Shown here piece by piece: positions 16,471-26,363 of a stretch of DNA of 38,659 bases. The stretch's first letter is position 1. Each line of letters opens with the position of its first letter. The DNA comes from Candidatus Woesearchaeota archaeon. Its GTDB lineage: Archaea; Nanobdellota; Nanobdellia; Pacearchaeales; GW2011-AR1. Location: NCBI GenBank assembly GCA_964530955.1, contig CAZHCL010000008.1, forward strand, positions 1 to 38,659, in the 5' to 3' direction. The notes under the pieces are model-generated. The model had not been told where the DNA came from and did not search any database. It worked only from the letters and a program-made list of their open reading frames with translations. The translations under genes were made by a program, and so were the position numbers.

Positions 16471-17076
16471 TTATCTTGCAGAATCAGCCTGTTTCTCAGA
16501 TTCATTTCTTTTGCTACAGGAATAACTATCCATAGAGCCCTTGGAAGCATTAATTATTTCATTTGCAAGAGACTCAGCCATTTTTGTCTTCTTGCCAAAA
16601 CACTTCTGATAAGAACCCTGGACCATCCATCTTATTGCAAGATTTATTCTTCTCATAGGACTGCAATCAACTGCCTGAGGATATCTCGCTCCAGCACTTT
16701 CAATAACAGTAATCTCATCTCTTGGTGAACCATTTTCTATAGCTTCAACAAAAACATGTATTGGATTTCTGCCTGTTTTCTTGGCAATTATATCCAGCAC
16801 CTTCAGAACAGTTTTCATATTTTTATTATATTTACCTGAGCTCCAGTTAGTTATTATTTTATGTTTCTTTCCAGAATGTCCTGGAACAGCAAGTCTGTTG
16901 GCAAGTCTCTCAATAACATTGACTCTGGTCATAGCAAGCTTGTCCTTTCTTCTACCCTGTGACTTTAGAATTAATTTAGCACCAAGATTTATGTAAGGTC
17001 TTAACGCAGGATCTTTTACTTGCGTTTCTGAAATATCATATAAGTCAAATACTTTGAAATTAATTTGGTCTGTCAT
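16471..17076 (-). CDS. rps7: 30S ribosomal protein S7 (uS7)
   Basis: IERLANRL, NPIHV.V.AIENGSPRDE, QAVDCSP.RR, SKRNESEKQADSAR. Confidence 0.95.
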   Translation of the reverse strand: MTDQINFKVFDLYDISETQVKDPALRPYINLGAKLILKSQGRRKDKLAMTRVNVIERLANRLAVPGHSGKKHKIITNWSSGKYNKNMKTVLKVLDIIAKKTGRNPIHVFVEAIENGSPRDEITVIESAGARYPQAVDCSPMRRINLAIRWMVQGSYQKCFGKKTKMAESLANEIINASKGSMDSYSCSKRNESEKQADSAR

Positions 17077-17077
17077 G

Positions 17078-17500
17078 TTATCTTCTACCCTTCTCTATTT
17101 TGCCTTTCCACAAAAGTCTCAAAGGCTGATCATTTACTTTAATTACCTGGAATCTGATTCCTGGAATGTCTCCCTTCTGTCTGCCAGACCTTCCGCCGAT
17201 TCTTTCAATTATAACTTCATCGTGTTCATCAATGAACTTTTGGGCAAGATTTCCTGGAATGAATGCTCCCACACTTATTCCATTTTTAATAAGCTGGACT
17301 TTGCAGCACTTTCTCATAGCTGAGTTTGGCTGTCTTGCTTCTTTTTGGAATTTAGAAATTACTATTCCTTTAGCCTGTGAAGCTCCCTCAAGAGGGTCTG
17401 CTTTCTCTCTTAAATTAAGAACTCTCTTCTTGTATGCTTTCTGATGCCATCTAAACTTGCGTTCCCGCTTCATCATTTTTCTAGCACTCATTAATCCCAT
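17078..17500 (-). CDS. rps12: 30S ribosomal protein S12 (uS12)
   Basis: [40 protein letters not shown]. Confidence 0.97.
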   Translation of the reverse strand: MGLMSARKMMKRERKFRWHQKAYKKRVLNLREKADPLEGASQAKGIVISKFQKEARQPNSAMRKCCKVQLIKNGISVGAFIPGNLAQKFIDEHDEVIIERIGGRSGRQKGDIPGIRFQVIKVNDQPLRLLWKGKIEKGRR

Positions 17501-17548
17501 TTTTGTCTATTAAATCAGTATTTTGATGAATTTGTTTGGAAAAATTGC

Positions 17549-17556
17549 TTTTTAAA
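17549..17556 (-). promoter_or_regulatory. TATA box for rps12-rps7
   Basis: TTTAAAAA 48 nt upstream of the rps12 ATG. Confidence 0.55.
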
Positions 17557-17718
17557 TGTTCCCCCCTTCTGATTAGAAGTTCATAATGATAATTATTGTT
17601 CCGATAATAGGATAGATTGTAATTTAAGACACTGAATAACCTATAATCTAAAATAAGTACTTTTAAGTTGTGACTACTAAAAAGTAACATTTATAAATCA
17701 AGCCTAAATAAACAAAAT

Positions 17719-18912
17719 ATGGATATACAAACAAAAAAATGGTTTTATGATGAGCTTATTGCCCTTCAAGACAAGAAAGAATTAGAAGATAATGTAAGGG
17801 TAAAGAAAATGCAAAGAGTAGTAGATGCAAAGTTTGGAGCAGGAGAAAGTTTTTTATTCAGGAGAGAAAGTGCTTTGTTTGGAGATGTAATCGAGATTCC
17901 GTTTAGAGCACCTCAAATTTATAAGCCATATGCTGAAATGGATTTAAGTAATATTGTGGGGGCGATGTTATTCAGGCGTAATTTGGCTAGGGCTCACCCA
18001 TTTTTAATCGGACCTGCTACCTTAGAATGTTTATTGGAAAAGCCAGTTGATAATTATGACTATATATCTACTGGCAGGTTACCTTTTAACCCTTTATTTT
18101 TCGAATTTACAGATAAAGTTCCTGCAATAATCCCTAAGGTAAAAAGATCAGAAGTCACTTTACAGGGGGTTTATCTATGTGCAAATCAAGCACAACAAGG
18201 ATTAGACTATATTTTTAGCTCATTTTGGAAAGACAAAAAAGGAGAGATAATGGGAATAGACCTTTTTATGAAGGATCCTAGACAAACTAGATTCAAAGGA
18301 ATGGTCTCACACATTTCACAGAGTAATTTTGAACTTAGTGAAACAAAATTTGACAGAAATAGATATTCGTTTGTTATAGATACTGACGAGGATGTGATTC
18401 ATATCTCTCAGACTCCAAAAAAAGAAGCGGCTTTAGCATACGAACTTCACAAGAACACTGGTGAATTAGTCGACTTTAAAAAATTGTTCGACATCTCTCT
18501 TCCACTAAGTTCGGTCGAGCATAGAATTTTCGAGATGATTCCTAGCCTAGCAACAAATCTTATAAATTATATCAATGCGCATAATATTTCTATATTTACA
18601 AGGACGCGTTTTAGGCCAGAAATACAAAATGTCCCAAACGTTTCAAAAGAGTATCCTTATTCAATTGTAAAAGTAACGGATGCAGAATATCGCGAACCGC
18701 AAACAGAGCACCATGGAAAAGTATTGACTTACCAATTAGCAGTAAGAGGGCATAATAGAAGACTAAAGGACGATGCAGGAATAATAAGGAAAGTCATCTG
18801 GATAGATTCTTATGTTAAGGGTCCTCCAGGAACACCTTTTTATGACACTCGCCACGAGGTAACCGCAAAGAAGATTCTTGCTGAAAGAGAGTTGTTTAGA
18901 GAGATTAAATAA
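17719..18912 (+). CDS. hypothetical protein with C-terminal VRGH.R...WI...VKGP motif, inserted antisense between nusA and rps12
   Basis: 397-aa ORF with its own TTTATAAA box; RLPFNPLFFEF and VRGHNRRLK...VIWIDSYVKGP motifs. Confidence 0.8.
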   Translation: MDIQTKKWFYDELIALQDKKELEDNVRVKKMQRVVDAKFGAGESFLFRRESALFGDVIEIPFRAPQIYKPYAEMDLSNIVGAMLFRRNLARAHPFLIGPATLECLLEKPVDNYDYISTGRLPFNPLFFEFTDKVPAIIPKVKRSEVTLQGVYLCANQAQQGLDYIFSSFWKDKKGEIMGIDLFMKDPRQTRFKGMVSHISQSNFELSETKFDRNRYSFVIDTDEDVIHISQTPKKEAALAYELHKNTGELVDFKKLFDISLPLSSVEHRIFEMIPSLATNLINYINAHNISIFTRTRFRPEIQNVPNVSKEYPYSIVKVTDAEYREPQTEHHGKVLTYQLAVRGHNRRLKDDAGIIRKVIWIDSYVKGPPGTPFYDTRHEVTAKKILAERELFREIK

Positions 18913-18930
18913 TAATATTTAGATTAGAAA

Positions 18931-19344
18931 TCAAAGTATCTTCATCTCAAGACTGAAAGTATCTTTGACAATCTGCTGCAATTCTTCTTCTCTTCTTCTG
19001 TTTCTTCCTATAAGCGCAGCTTTACTCTGGCTTCCCGCAGTAATAACGAAAACTCCATCCTGAATCTTGGCTCCCATGAACCTTACTGGAGCAATAATGT
19101 CCTGCACAAATCTGACAATATCTTCCTGACCTGAAGCTTCAGTGATTACCTTTACTTTTTTTCCAAGCTTGTCCTGAATGTTTCTTATGTTAATTGCATT
19201 TGGTCCTATTGCTCTTGAAACTTGAGAAGCAGGAACAGCGAAAAATATGGTATTATTGTAAACAAAACACTTGCTTGTTTTAACCTTTGACGCGCTGTCA
19301 AGTAAATTAATATATCTTATCGTTTGCAGGTCTAAAATTGTCAT
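18931..19344 (-). CDS. nusA: archaeal NusA (KH domains)
   Basis: AIGPNAINIR and ALIGRNRRR GxxG-type loops; position directly after rpoA. Confidence 0.9.
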   Translation of the reverse strand: MTILDLQTIRYINLLDSASKVKTSKCFVYNNTIFFAVPASQVSRAIGPNAINIRNIQDKLGKKVKVITEASGQEDIVRFVQDIIAPVRFMGAKIQDGVFVITAGSQSKAALIGRNRRREEELQQIVKDTFSLEMKIL

Positions 19345-19345
19345 C

Positions 19346-22300
19346 TTATTTGCTCTTTTTCTCTAGTTTCTTGTCAACCAATGGTCCAGTTATCTTGACA
19401 AGCAATCCAGGCAGACCTGTTCCAACCGGAATAGGCTGGTTCAAAAGAATATTCTCTATTACAGAGCTCAATTCATCTCTTGCACCCTGTATTGTAGCGT
19501 TGACAAACTGCTTGTCAGGTGTTTCGAAAGTAGCTCTTGCAAGTATAGATGCTTTATCAGAGATTATTCCCATTCTTGTTACTCCCTTTACAACTCCTGA
19601 AGAGGTCATTGCATCAGCAACAAGTTTCAAGTGTCTGTCATTAATATCAAGACCCTGTGACTCAAGAACAGCTTTTATTTCATTTATTATTGTCTGTCTT
19701 GCAGCTTCTATTCCAAGAACAGAAGAGACATCATGAATGTCATTTGATCTTGTCTTTGTCTTGTCAATACCCTTAACTTCCATAATTTCCTTAAGATTTG
19801 AACCTGAAGCAAGAATTATGAAATCCTTTCCTTTATTGGAAATAACTATTTGCTCAATTCCCTTTATTCCGGAAACAATTGTTTCCTTAAGCTTTTCCTT
19901 AATTTTATATATTTCTTTGAAGTCAAGCTCAGCAACATTAAGAGTTATTTTCAAGTCATTTATTTTTACATTGAATCCTTTATCTTTAAGTCTGTCAGCT
20001 ATTTTGTCTGCACCTGCATGAACATTCTTAAGAGCCTTTGAATCAATGAATATTTCTATTTTCTTGCCGGAGAAATCAATCTTTATTTCAGAAGAAATTT
20101 CTTTTAACTTGACTTCTTTAACTTTTTCAGCAATGACCTTGGCATCCTTTTCATTGTTTACGTCTTTATCAAGATAAATTTCCATCAATGGTGTCGAAGG
20201 ACTCTTTCTCGCATCGAGAATTTCAATTAATCTTGGTAAACCTTGTGTAATCTGCATTTGCGCAACTCCTGCGTGGTGGAATACATTAAGAACCATCTGA
20301 GTTGAAGCTTCGCCAAAGCTCTGGGCAGTAACTACTCCAACAGCCTCTCCTGCAGCTATCTTTGCGTCTTTAAGGTGCAATTTAGCTACATCCTTACCAT
20401 CGTCTCCATATGCGAATTCAACTATGTTTTCAGAAGCATCTCTTACAGTTTCATCATACTCTACTTTCAAATCCTGCAAAGCAGAAACTAGTCTTCTGTA
20501 AAGGTAACCCGATTTAGGCGTTCTCAATGCAAGGTCCATAAGGCTATCTCTTCCAGTTATTGCTCCAAAGAAGAATTCACTTGGATTAAGTCCTTCAAAG
20601 AATGACGACCTGATAAATCCTCTCGCAGCAGCGCCCAAATCTCCCTGCTTGAAGAATGAAAGAGTTCTTTCCTTATATCCGAGGCTAATTCTCTTATTGT
20701 GAAGAGACTGCTGTCCTACAGAACATGCAATCTGAGTTATATTAAGCATGCTTCCAACCGACTTGGCGTTTATCATCTTATTAACATTAGCATCAACCGG
20801 GAAGTTATCCTGAACAACCTTACCCATTTCTGTTCTGACTTCGTTGAGTATTTGCGCGATCTTTATTTCCTTTGTTTCTTCAATGCTCTTTCCAGGAAGA
20901 AGACTTATTTTTCCATCCTCGAAGTCTTTTATCAATTCTCTTGTTTTTTTCTCAGCAGCAGTAATTATATCATCAGTCATTTTCTTTACTTTTTCAGATA
21001 CATTAATATCCTGAGCAGAAAGAGTGAATCCTTTTCTTGCGATATACATTGCCCCAAGCATGAATGCCTTGTTTATTGTTTCAACTGCGATTTTTCTTCC
21101 AAATTCTCTGTCAATGGATTTTATCATTACTCCCTCTTCTGTTCCGAATGAGTTGCTTCCTATAATTTCATTTGGTATTTTTATGCTAGAACCTTTTGGA
21201 ATTATCTGAGCAAAAATATCCTTACCACTAATCTCTTTTCCTTTCAATACATTTCTTACATTTGCAGCAAATAATATTTGGTCAGCATCTTTCTTTGAAA
21301 GGGTGTCTTTTCCAAGAAGATAATTTCCGGTGATTGAGTCAGCAATAGTTCCAACAAGATTAATATTGTTCTTAGAAGAGATTATATTGTTATTTACATC
21401 GAGAAGTATTTTTGCTTCAGCTCTTGCTTCCTCAGTCTGTGGACTGTGGATGTTCATTTCATCTCCATCATAGTCTGCGTTATAAGGCGCTGCAGCAGCA
21501 GGGTGTAACCTGAATGTTCTGTTTGGTAGAACTCTTACATAGTGAGCCATCAAACTCTGCTTGTGAAGTGAAGGGTGTCTGTTGAAAAGAACAATATCTC
21601 CATCTCTAAGATGTCTCTCAACCTTGTATCCTGGCTGAATTTCATTACATATTTCTTCTTTCAAGTCCTCAGTTATTCTCTTTTTCTTTCCATCAGGTCT
21701 TATAACATAATTAGCTCCAGGATATTTGTCACCATTTCTTATTAATTCCTTAAGCATTTCCATATTCATTGTTGTGACTGATTCGGCTACAGTTATTACT
21801 CTAGCAATTTCGAAAGGAACTCCAACTTCATTAATTGCTATAAATGGATCTGGAGATACAACTGTTCTTGAAGAATAGTTTACTCTCTTTCCAGCTAGAT
21901 TATGTCTTATTCTTCCTTCTTTTCCTTTTATTCTTTCAGTGATTGTCTTAAGTGGCTGTCCCGATCTGTGTCTTGCAGGAGGTATTCTTGAAACATTATT
22001 GTCAAAGAAAGTTGTAACGTGATATTGCAATAAATCCCACAAATCTTCTATGATAACTTCAGGAGCTCCAGCGTTTAAGTTCTCCCAGAGTCTCTGGTTA
22101 GATCTTATAATATCGGAAAGTTTGTGAGTAACGTCGTCTTCACTTCTTTCAGCTGATTCAAGAGTGATAGAAGGTCTTACTGTAACAGAAGGAACAAGCA
22201 ATAAGGATATAACTGCCCACTCAGGCTTGCAGGTCTTAGGATTAATTCCTATTTTTTTCAATTCCTCTTCCTTAATATTCAAAAGTCTTTCCTTAACTTC

Positions 22301-22783
22301 TATTGGACTAAGTCTTTTCTTTCCAATAAAGAATGTGCTTGGCTTCTCAAGTTTCACTCTCTCAAGAGTTTCATTACAATGAGGACACTTCTTTGCATCC
22401 TTTGCTTTTTTAGCTCTAAGACTTGGACTAAGTTCTTTCTCTTTTTCATCGCTAAGAGTTAATTTTCCACACTTATAGCAGAAACTTCTCAAACATAATT
22501 CAATTAATGGAATATACTTTATATGGAAAACTGGTCTTGCAAGCTCAATGCTTCCCGGGTGTCCTGAACATTCTTTTACTCTCTTACCACAGGTTCTGCA
22601 TCTTACTCCAGGGTCTATTGCTCCAAGTCTAAGATCCATCAAACCGCCGTCAACAGGGAATCCATCAATATCATAAAGTTCAGGAGTTACAATCTTTGCA
22701 GAGCTAAGTTTTTTTATCTTGTCAGGGCTAAGAAGACTAAACCTTAATGCTCTTACCTGTTTTCTGAAATATGTTTGATTCAT
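19346..22783 (-). CDS. rpoA: RNA polymerase largest subunit, fused A'+A'' (Rpo1)
   Basis: Clamp Zn CRTC...CSGH, GKRVNYSSR, NADYDGD, bridge helix, trigger loop TQMVLNVFHHAG and A'' C-terminus all in one ORF. Confidence 0.97.
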   Translation of the reverse strand: MNQTYFRKQVRALRFSLLSPDKIKKLSSAKIVTPELYDIDGFPVDGGLMDLRLGAIDPGVRCRTCGKRVKECSGHPGSIELARPVFHIKYIPLIELCLRSFCYKCGKLTLSDEKEKELSPSLRAKKAKDAKKCPHCNETLERVKLEKPSTFFIGKKRLSPIEVKERLLNIKEEELKKIGINPKTCKPEWAVISLLLVPSVTVRPSITLESAERSEDDVTHKLSDIIRSNQRLWENLNAGAPEVIIEDLWDLLQYHVTTFFDNNVSRIPPARHRSGQPLKTITERIKGKEGRIRHNLAGKRVNYSSRTVVSPDPFIAINEVGVPFEIARVITVAESVTTMNMEMLKELIRNGDKYPGANYVIRPDGKKKRITEDLKEEICNEIQPGYKVERHLRDGDIVLFNRHPSLHKQSLMAHYVRVLPNRTFRLHPAAAAPYNADYDGDEMNIHSPQTEEARAEAKILLDVNNNIISSKNNINLVGTIADSITGNYLLGKDTLSKKDADQILFAANVRNVLKGKEISGKDIFAQIIPKGSSIKIPNEIIGSNSFGTEEGVMIKSIDREFGRKIAVETINKAFMLGAMYIARKGFTLSAQDINVSEKVKKMTDDIITAAEKKTRELIKDFEDGKISLLPGKSIEETKEIKIAQILNEVRTEMGKVVQDNFPVDANVNKMINAKSVGSMLNITQIACSVGQQSLHNKRISLGYKERTLSFFKQGDLGAAARGFIRSSFFEGLNPSEFFFGAITGRDSLMDLALRTPKSGYLYRRLVSALQDLKVEYDETVRDASENIVEFAYGDDGKDVAKLHLKDAKIAAGEAVGVVTAQSFGEASTQMVLNVFHHAGVAQMQITQGLPRLIEILDARKSPSTPLMEIYLDKDVNNEKDAKVIAEKVKEVKLKEISSEIKIDFSGKKIEIFIDSKALKNVHAGADKIADRLKDKGFNVKINDLKITLNVAELDFKEIYKIKEKLKETIVSGIKGIEQIVISNKGKDFIILASGSNLKEIMEVKGIDKTKTRSNDIHDVSSVLGIEAARQTIINEIKAVLESQGLDINDRHLKLVADAMTSSGVVKGVTRMGIISDKASILARATFETPDKQFVNATIQGARDELSSVIENILLNQPIPVGTGLPGLLVKITGPLVDKKLEKKSK

Positions 22784-22784
22784 T

Positions 22785-25700
22785 TTATTGCTCGTATTTA
22801 TCCTTTAATTCGAATGAAGTCTGAACTCCAAGTCCCTGCAATTCATCAACAAGAAGCTTGAATGCATAAGACATTTCAATAGGCTCTGCTTCATTGCTTC
22901 CACACATAGGACAGCTTATTTTGTTTCTGATTATATCCTCGTAAACCATCTCTCCACATTCTTTGCATATATAAACTACTGTCTTATCAGAATCATATCT
23001 CTCTTTCAATAATAATGAAGCTCCATGTCCTGCAAGTGCCTGTTGCTCCATTTCTCCAAGTCTCAATGCTCCTCCTCTCGCTCTTCCTTCAATAGGCTGT
23101 CTTGTAAGTAATGTGACTTTTCCAGATGCTCTTGCGTGTATCTTATTCTTAACCATATGTCTAAGCTTAAGATAATACATATTTCCTATGAATATTTTGA
23201 CTTGCATTTTCTTTCCGCTTATTCCATCATACATTGTTTCTTTTCCATCATAGGAGAATCCAAGTTCTTTGAGCTGTGATTCAAGTTCTCCAACACTCTG
23301 TCCAGTAAATGAAGTTCCATCGACAATCTTTCCTGAAACGGCTCCTGTCTTTCCAGCAAGAAGTTCTATCAAATATCCTACAGTCATTCTTCCAGGAATT
23401 CCGTGAGGGTTAAATATAAGGTCTGGCTTTACTCCAGTCGAAGTAAATGGAATATCTTCTGCCGCTGCGATTATTCCGACAACTCCTTTCTGTCCGTGAG
23501 GATTAGAGAATTTGTCCCCAGGTTCAGGCAATCTTGAATCTCTTGTTCTTACCTGTGCAATCTTATTTCCTTCTTGGTCAACGCTTATAAAAACGGCGTC
23601 AACAGTTCCTCTTTCTTCCTGTCTTACAGCGACGCTAGCTTCTTTCTTTGCCTGTATGCTAAGATCCTTAGCTTCACTTAAGAATTTAGGAGGTGTTACT
23701 TTTCCGATTAATACTTCTCCCTCATTCATATCTGCTTCAGGATAAACAATACCATCATCTTCTAAGAATCTGTAGGATGCTTCTGTTCTGTATCCTGAAA
23801 CATCTTTGTCAGGAATTACTATTTCGTCAGCAAGTCCTCCAGCATATTGTAATTCAGTTGCAGTATAAGGTCTGAAATAAGTGCTTCTTCCCATTCCCAT
23901 GTCAATGCTTGCCTTGTTAAGGACAACTGCGTCTTCAAGGTTATATCCTTCAAATGGCATTACCGCTACAACAAGATTTTGTCCAGCAGGATAAACTTCT
24001 AAAGTGTCGTAGATGAAACTTCTTACTATAGGTCTCTGAGGATAATGAAGTATCGAAACATCAGTGTCAAGTCTTACCAAATAATTAGAAGCATAAATTC
24101 CAAGACTCTGAGTATATGTCTTGCTTCCTCTGATTAACTTTGATGAAGGGTCGTGATTTCCGAATGGAACCAAACTTGTGATAAGTCCAAACAAATCAAT
24201 AGGATGAATCTCAAAGTGAGTTGTTTCATTTGATATTTCTTTTTCATCCAATGCAACTAAAACATTGTCCTCTTCGGCAGCGTCAATATATTCAATTACT
24301 CCCTCGCTTATCAAGTCAAGCCACTTTATCTTTCCATTCTCTAAAAGAACAAGATGTTCATCCTTAAGTTTGCTTGCCCCATTTTCAACTATTATAAGAG
24401 GTCTAAGAACTCTTCCAACTTCGCTTGACATCATAATTAAATTAAGTTCTGCATTGTAACTTATACTCATCTCTCTTGGAAGCAAGCCTGCTCTTCTTGC
24501 TTTCCTTGCTTTACCAACAAAATCAGCAGAAGTATTTGTAGTTCCTATAAATCTTCCATTGAAGAAAACATCTTCTCCGCCTTCCTTGTTTAATCCTATT
24601 TCAGCAAGTTTCTTTAATATCGATGCTTCTTCAAATTGAAGGGAAGTTGATATCTTGCTCATAATAGCCAAGTTCTTTCTAAGTCCGATTTCAGTTCCTT
24701 CTGGAGTTTCAATAGGACAGAATCTTCCGTAATGAGTAGGATGAAGTGTTCTTGCCATGAAATTTTCCTGCTCTCCAGGAAGCATAGAAGAAACTCTCTG
24801 AAGCTGAGATAACATTTCAAGATAATTAGTCTTCTTCATATTCTGAGTTACTCCAGATCTTTCACCTATCCAGCTTCCCGTCGCAATTGCGCTTTCAACT
24901 CTCTGGGTGAATAATGTAGATTTAGCGATGCTTTTTATAGAATAAAATTTCTTTCTCTTTGCAACCTTCTGCAAAGAATATTGTATGTCTCTTATTAAAA
25001 TTCCTAAGTTAACTCTGAATAAGTCAGCCATCAAATCTCCAGAAAGCTTAACTCTTTTGTTTGCATAATGGTCCTTGTCAGTTCTTATTTTGTCATTTTC
25101 CTTTGCCTTCAAATACATCCCAAGTAATCTGCTAAGTGTAATTGCCTTTTCAGATCTAGAAGCTTTCTCAAGACCTATATGCGGAAGGAAGAATGAATCT
25201 ATTCTTTGCTTTACTCTATCGAGAATTTCCTTCTTCGTTCCCTGAATTCCAGATTTTTCAGCAATGTATATCATTGCATCATCAGCACTTTGCAGTTTTG
25301 CAAATTCATAAAGATTAACGATAAGGCAGTCATTTTCATGATTAATATATTTTGCAATTTCTGCTTCTTTTGTCAAACCAAGTGCCTTAAGCATAACCAC
25401 CGCAGGAATATTTTTCAGTCTGCTGAAAGTTACCTCGAGTATTCCATCATTTGTTTCTGAAATTGTTGTTGGTATTCTGTAAGAGCCTCTCTGGGAGAAT
25501 AATCTTAATGTCAAACCAAGCCTTCCTTCCTCGATGAATGGCTGATTAGCCGCCAAGTCTTCGCTCATTACCATAACTCTTTCATTTCCATTGATTATGA
25601 AATATCCCCCAGGGTCAAGAGGGTCCATATAATTCTCTCTTAACTGATCCCTAGACATGCCATAAGTATTGCACGAAAAGCTTCTTACTATTATAGGTAT

Positions 25701-26036
25701 TCTTCCTATTTCAACCTCTGAACTATCGCTCTGTCCCCCGTAATTTATAGTCAATTCGACATAAACTGGAGCAGAATAAGTTAAATTTCTAAGTCTTGCA
25801 ATAGTAGGAGTAACGGGAGAACTGCTTCCGTCAGACTCAATTATATTAGGTTTCTCAATTCTTACTTTTCCAAGTTTTATTTCAACTTCCTCATTATTTA
25901 TATTCTCATTAAGTTCGGTAACAATTTGTTGCATCTTATTCTGTATAAAATCATTAAAAGAAAGCAAGTTCGATTCAACCAGCGAGTGTTGTTCAAGATA
26001 TTTTTCAACAAGAATATTCTTTTTTCTCTTTTCCAT
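22785..26036 (-). CDS. rpoB: RNA polymerase subunit B, unsplit (Rpo2)
   Basis: GGYFIINGNERV, GRFCPIETPEG, GYNLEDA, GDKF...HGQKG, RQPIEGRARGGALRLGEME, C-terminal CKEC/CPMC. Confidence 0.97.
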   Translation of the reverse strand: MEKRKKNILVEKYLEQHSLVESNLLSFNDFIQNKMQQIVTELNENINNEEVEIKLGKVRIEKPNIIESDGSSSPVTPTIARLRNLTYSAPVYVELTINYGGQSDSSEVEIGRIPIIVRSFSCNTYGMSRDQLRENYMDPLDPGGYFIINGNERVMVMSEDLAANQPFIEEGRLGLTLRLFSQRGSYRIPTTISETNDGILEVTFSRLKNIPAVVMLKALGLTKEAEIAKYINHENDCLIVNLYEFAKLQSADDAMIYIAEKSGIQGTKKEILDRVKQRIDSFFLPHIGLEKASRSEKAITLSRLLGMYLKAKENDKIRTDKDHYANKRVKLSGDLMADLFRVNLGILIRDIQYSLQKVAKRKKFYSIKSIAKSTLFTQRVESAIATGSWIGERSGVTQNMKKTNYLEMLSQLQRVSSMLPGEQENFMARTLHPTHYGRFCPIETPEGTEIGLRKNLAIMSKISTSLQFEEASILKKLAEIGLNKEGGEDVFFNGRFIGTTNTSADFVGKARKARRAGLLPREMSISYNAELNLIMMSSEVGRVLRPLIIVENGASKLKDEHLVLLENGKIKWLDLISEGVIEYIDAAEEDNVLVALDEKEISNETTHFEIHPIDLFGLITSLVPFGNHDPSSKLIRGSKTYTQSLGIYASNYLVRLDTDVSILHYPQRPIVRSFIYDTLEVYPAGQNLVVAVMPFEGYNLEDAVVLNKASIDMGMGRSTYFRPYTATELQYAGGLADEIVIPDKDVSGYRTEASYRFLEDDGIVYPEADMNEGEVLIGKVTPPKFLSEAKDLSIQAKKEASVAVRQEERGTVDAVFISVDQEGNKIAQVRTRDSRLPEPGDKFSNPHGQKGVVGIIAAAEDIPFTSTGVKPDLIFNPHGIPGRMTVGYLIELLAGKTGAVSGKIVDGTSFTGQSVGELESQLKELGFSYDGKETMYDGISGKKMQVKIFIGNMYYLKLRHMVKNKIHARASGKVTLLTRQPIEGRARGGALRLGEMEQQALAGHGASLLLKERYDSDKTVVYICKECGEMVYEDIIRNKISCPMCGSNEAEPIEMSYAFKLLVDELQGLGVQTSFELKDKYEQ

Positions 26037-26037
26037 T

Positions 26038-26244
26038 TTAGGCTACCACCCTATAATAAATGCTTGTTTTGTCTTCGTCTTTTCTCTCAATTTTAACAAC
26101 CTCTCCAGGAACGCAACCCTGGGGCAATCCAAAATCAGTACTTTTTATTTTAGGAAGTTGTGACAGAGAAATATTGTATGTTTTAATTAGCTCTTTTACC
26201 TCTTCAGGTTTCAGTTTGACGTGTTTAGGCTGTAGGATATGCAT
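26038..26244 (-). CDS. rpoH: RNA polymerase subunit H (Rpo5)
   Basis: HILQPKH.KL, QLPKI, GEVVKIERK, YYRVV; start set at MHILQ, with GTG at 26271 possible. Confidence 0.93.
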   Translation of the reverse strand: MHILQPKHVKLKPEEVKELIKTYNISLSQLPKIKSTDFGLPQGCVPGEVVKIERKDEDKTSIYYRVVA

Positions 26245-26325
26245 AGGGGTAAAGTATGAAATCTGTTTCACATATTAATGACGAATATGCTCTTGGGTGA
26301 TCTCATAAAAAATTACAAAACTGGC

Positions 26326-26340
26326 TTTTTAAACTTTTCG
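26326..26340 (-). promoter_or_regulatory. BRE + TATA of the rpoH-rpoB-rpoA-nusA operon
   Basis: CGAAAAG-TTTAAAAA, textbook archaeal arrangement. Confidence 0.75.
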
Positions 26341-26363
26341 TACTAGGGGTTTTTGAGTATAAA

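Noticed and set aside
19338-25460. Multiple plus-strand ORFs inside rpoA and rpoB (e.g. 19338..19736, 20699..21151)
   Set aside because: Antisense shadows of well-supported core genes.
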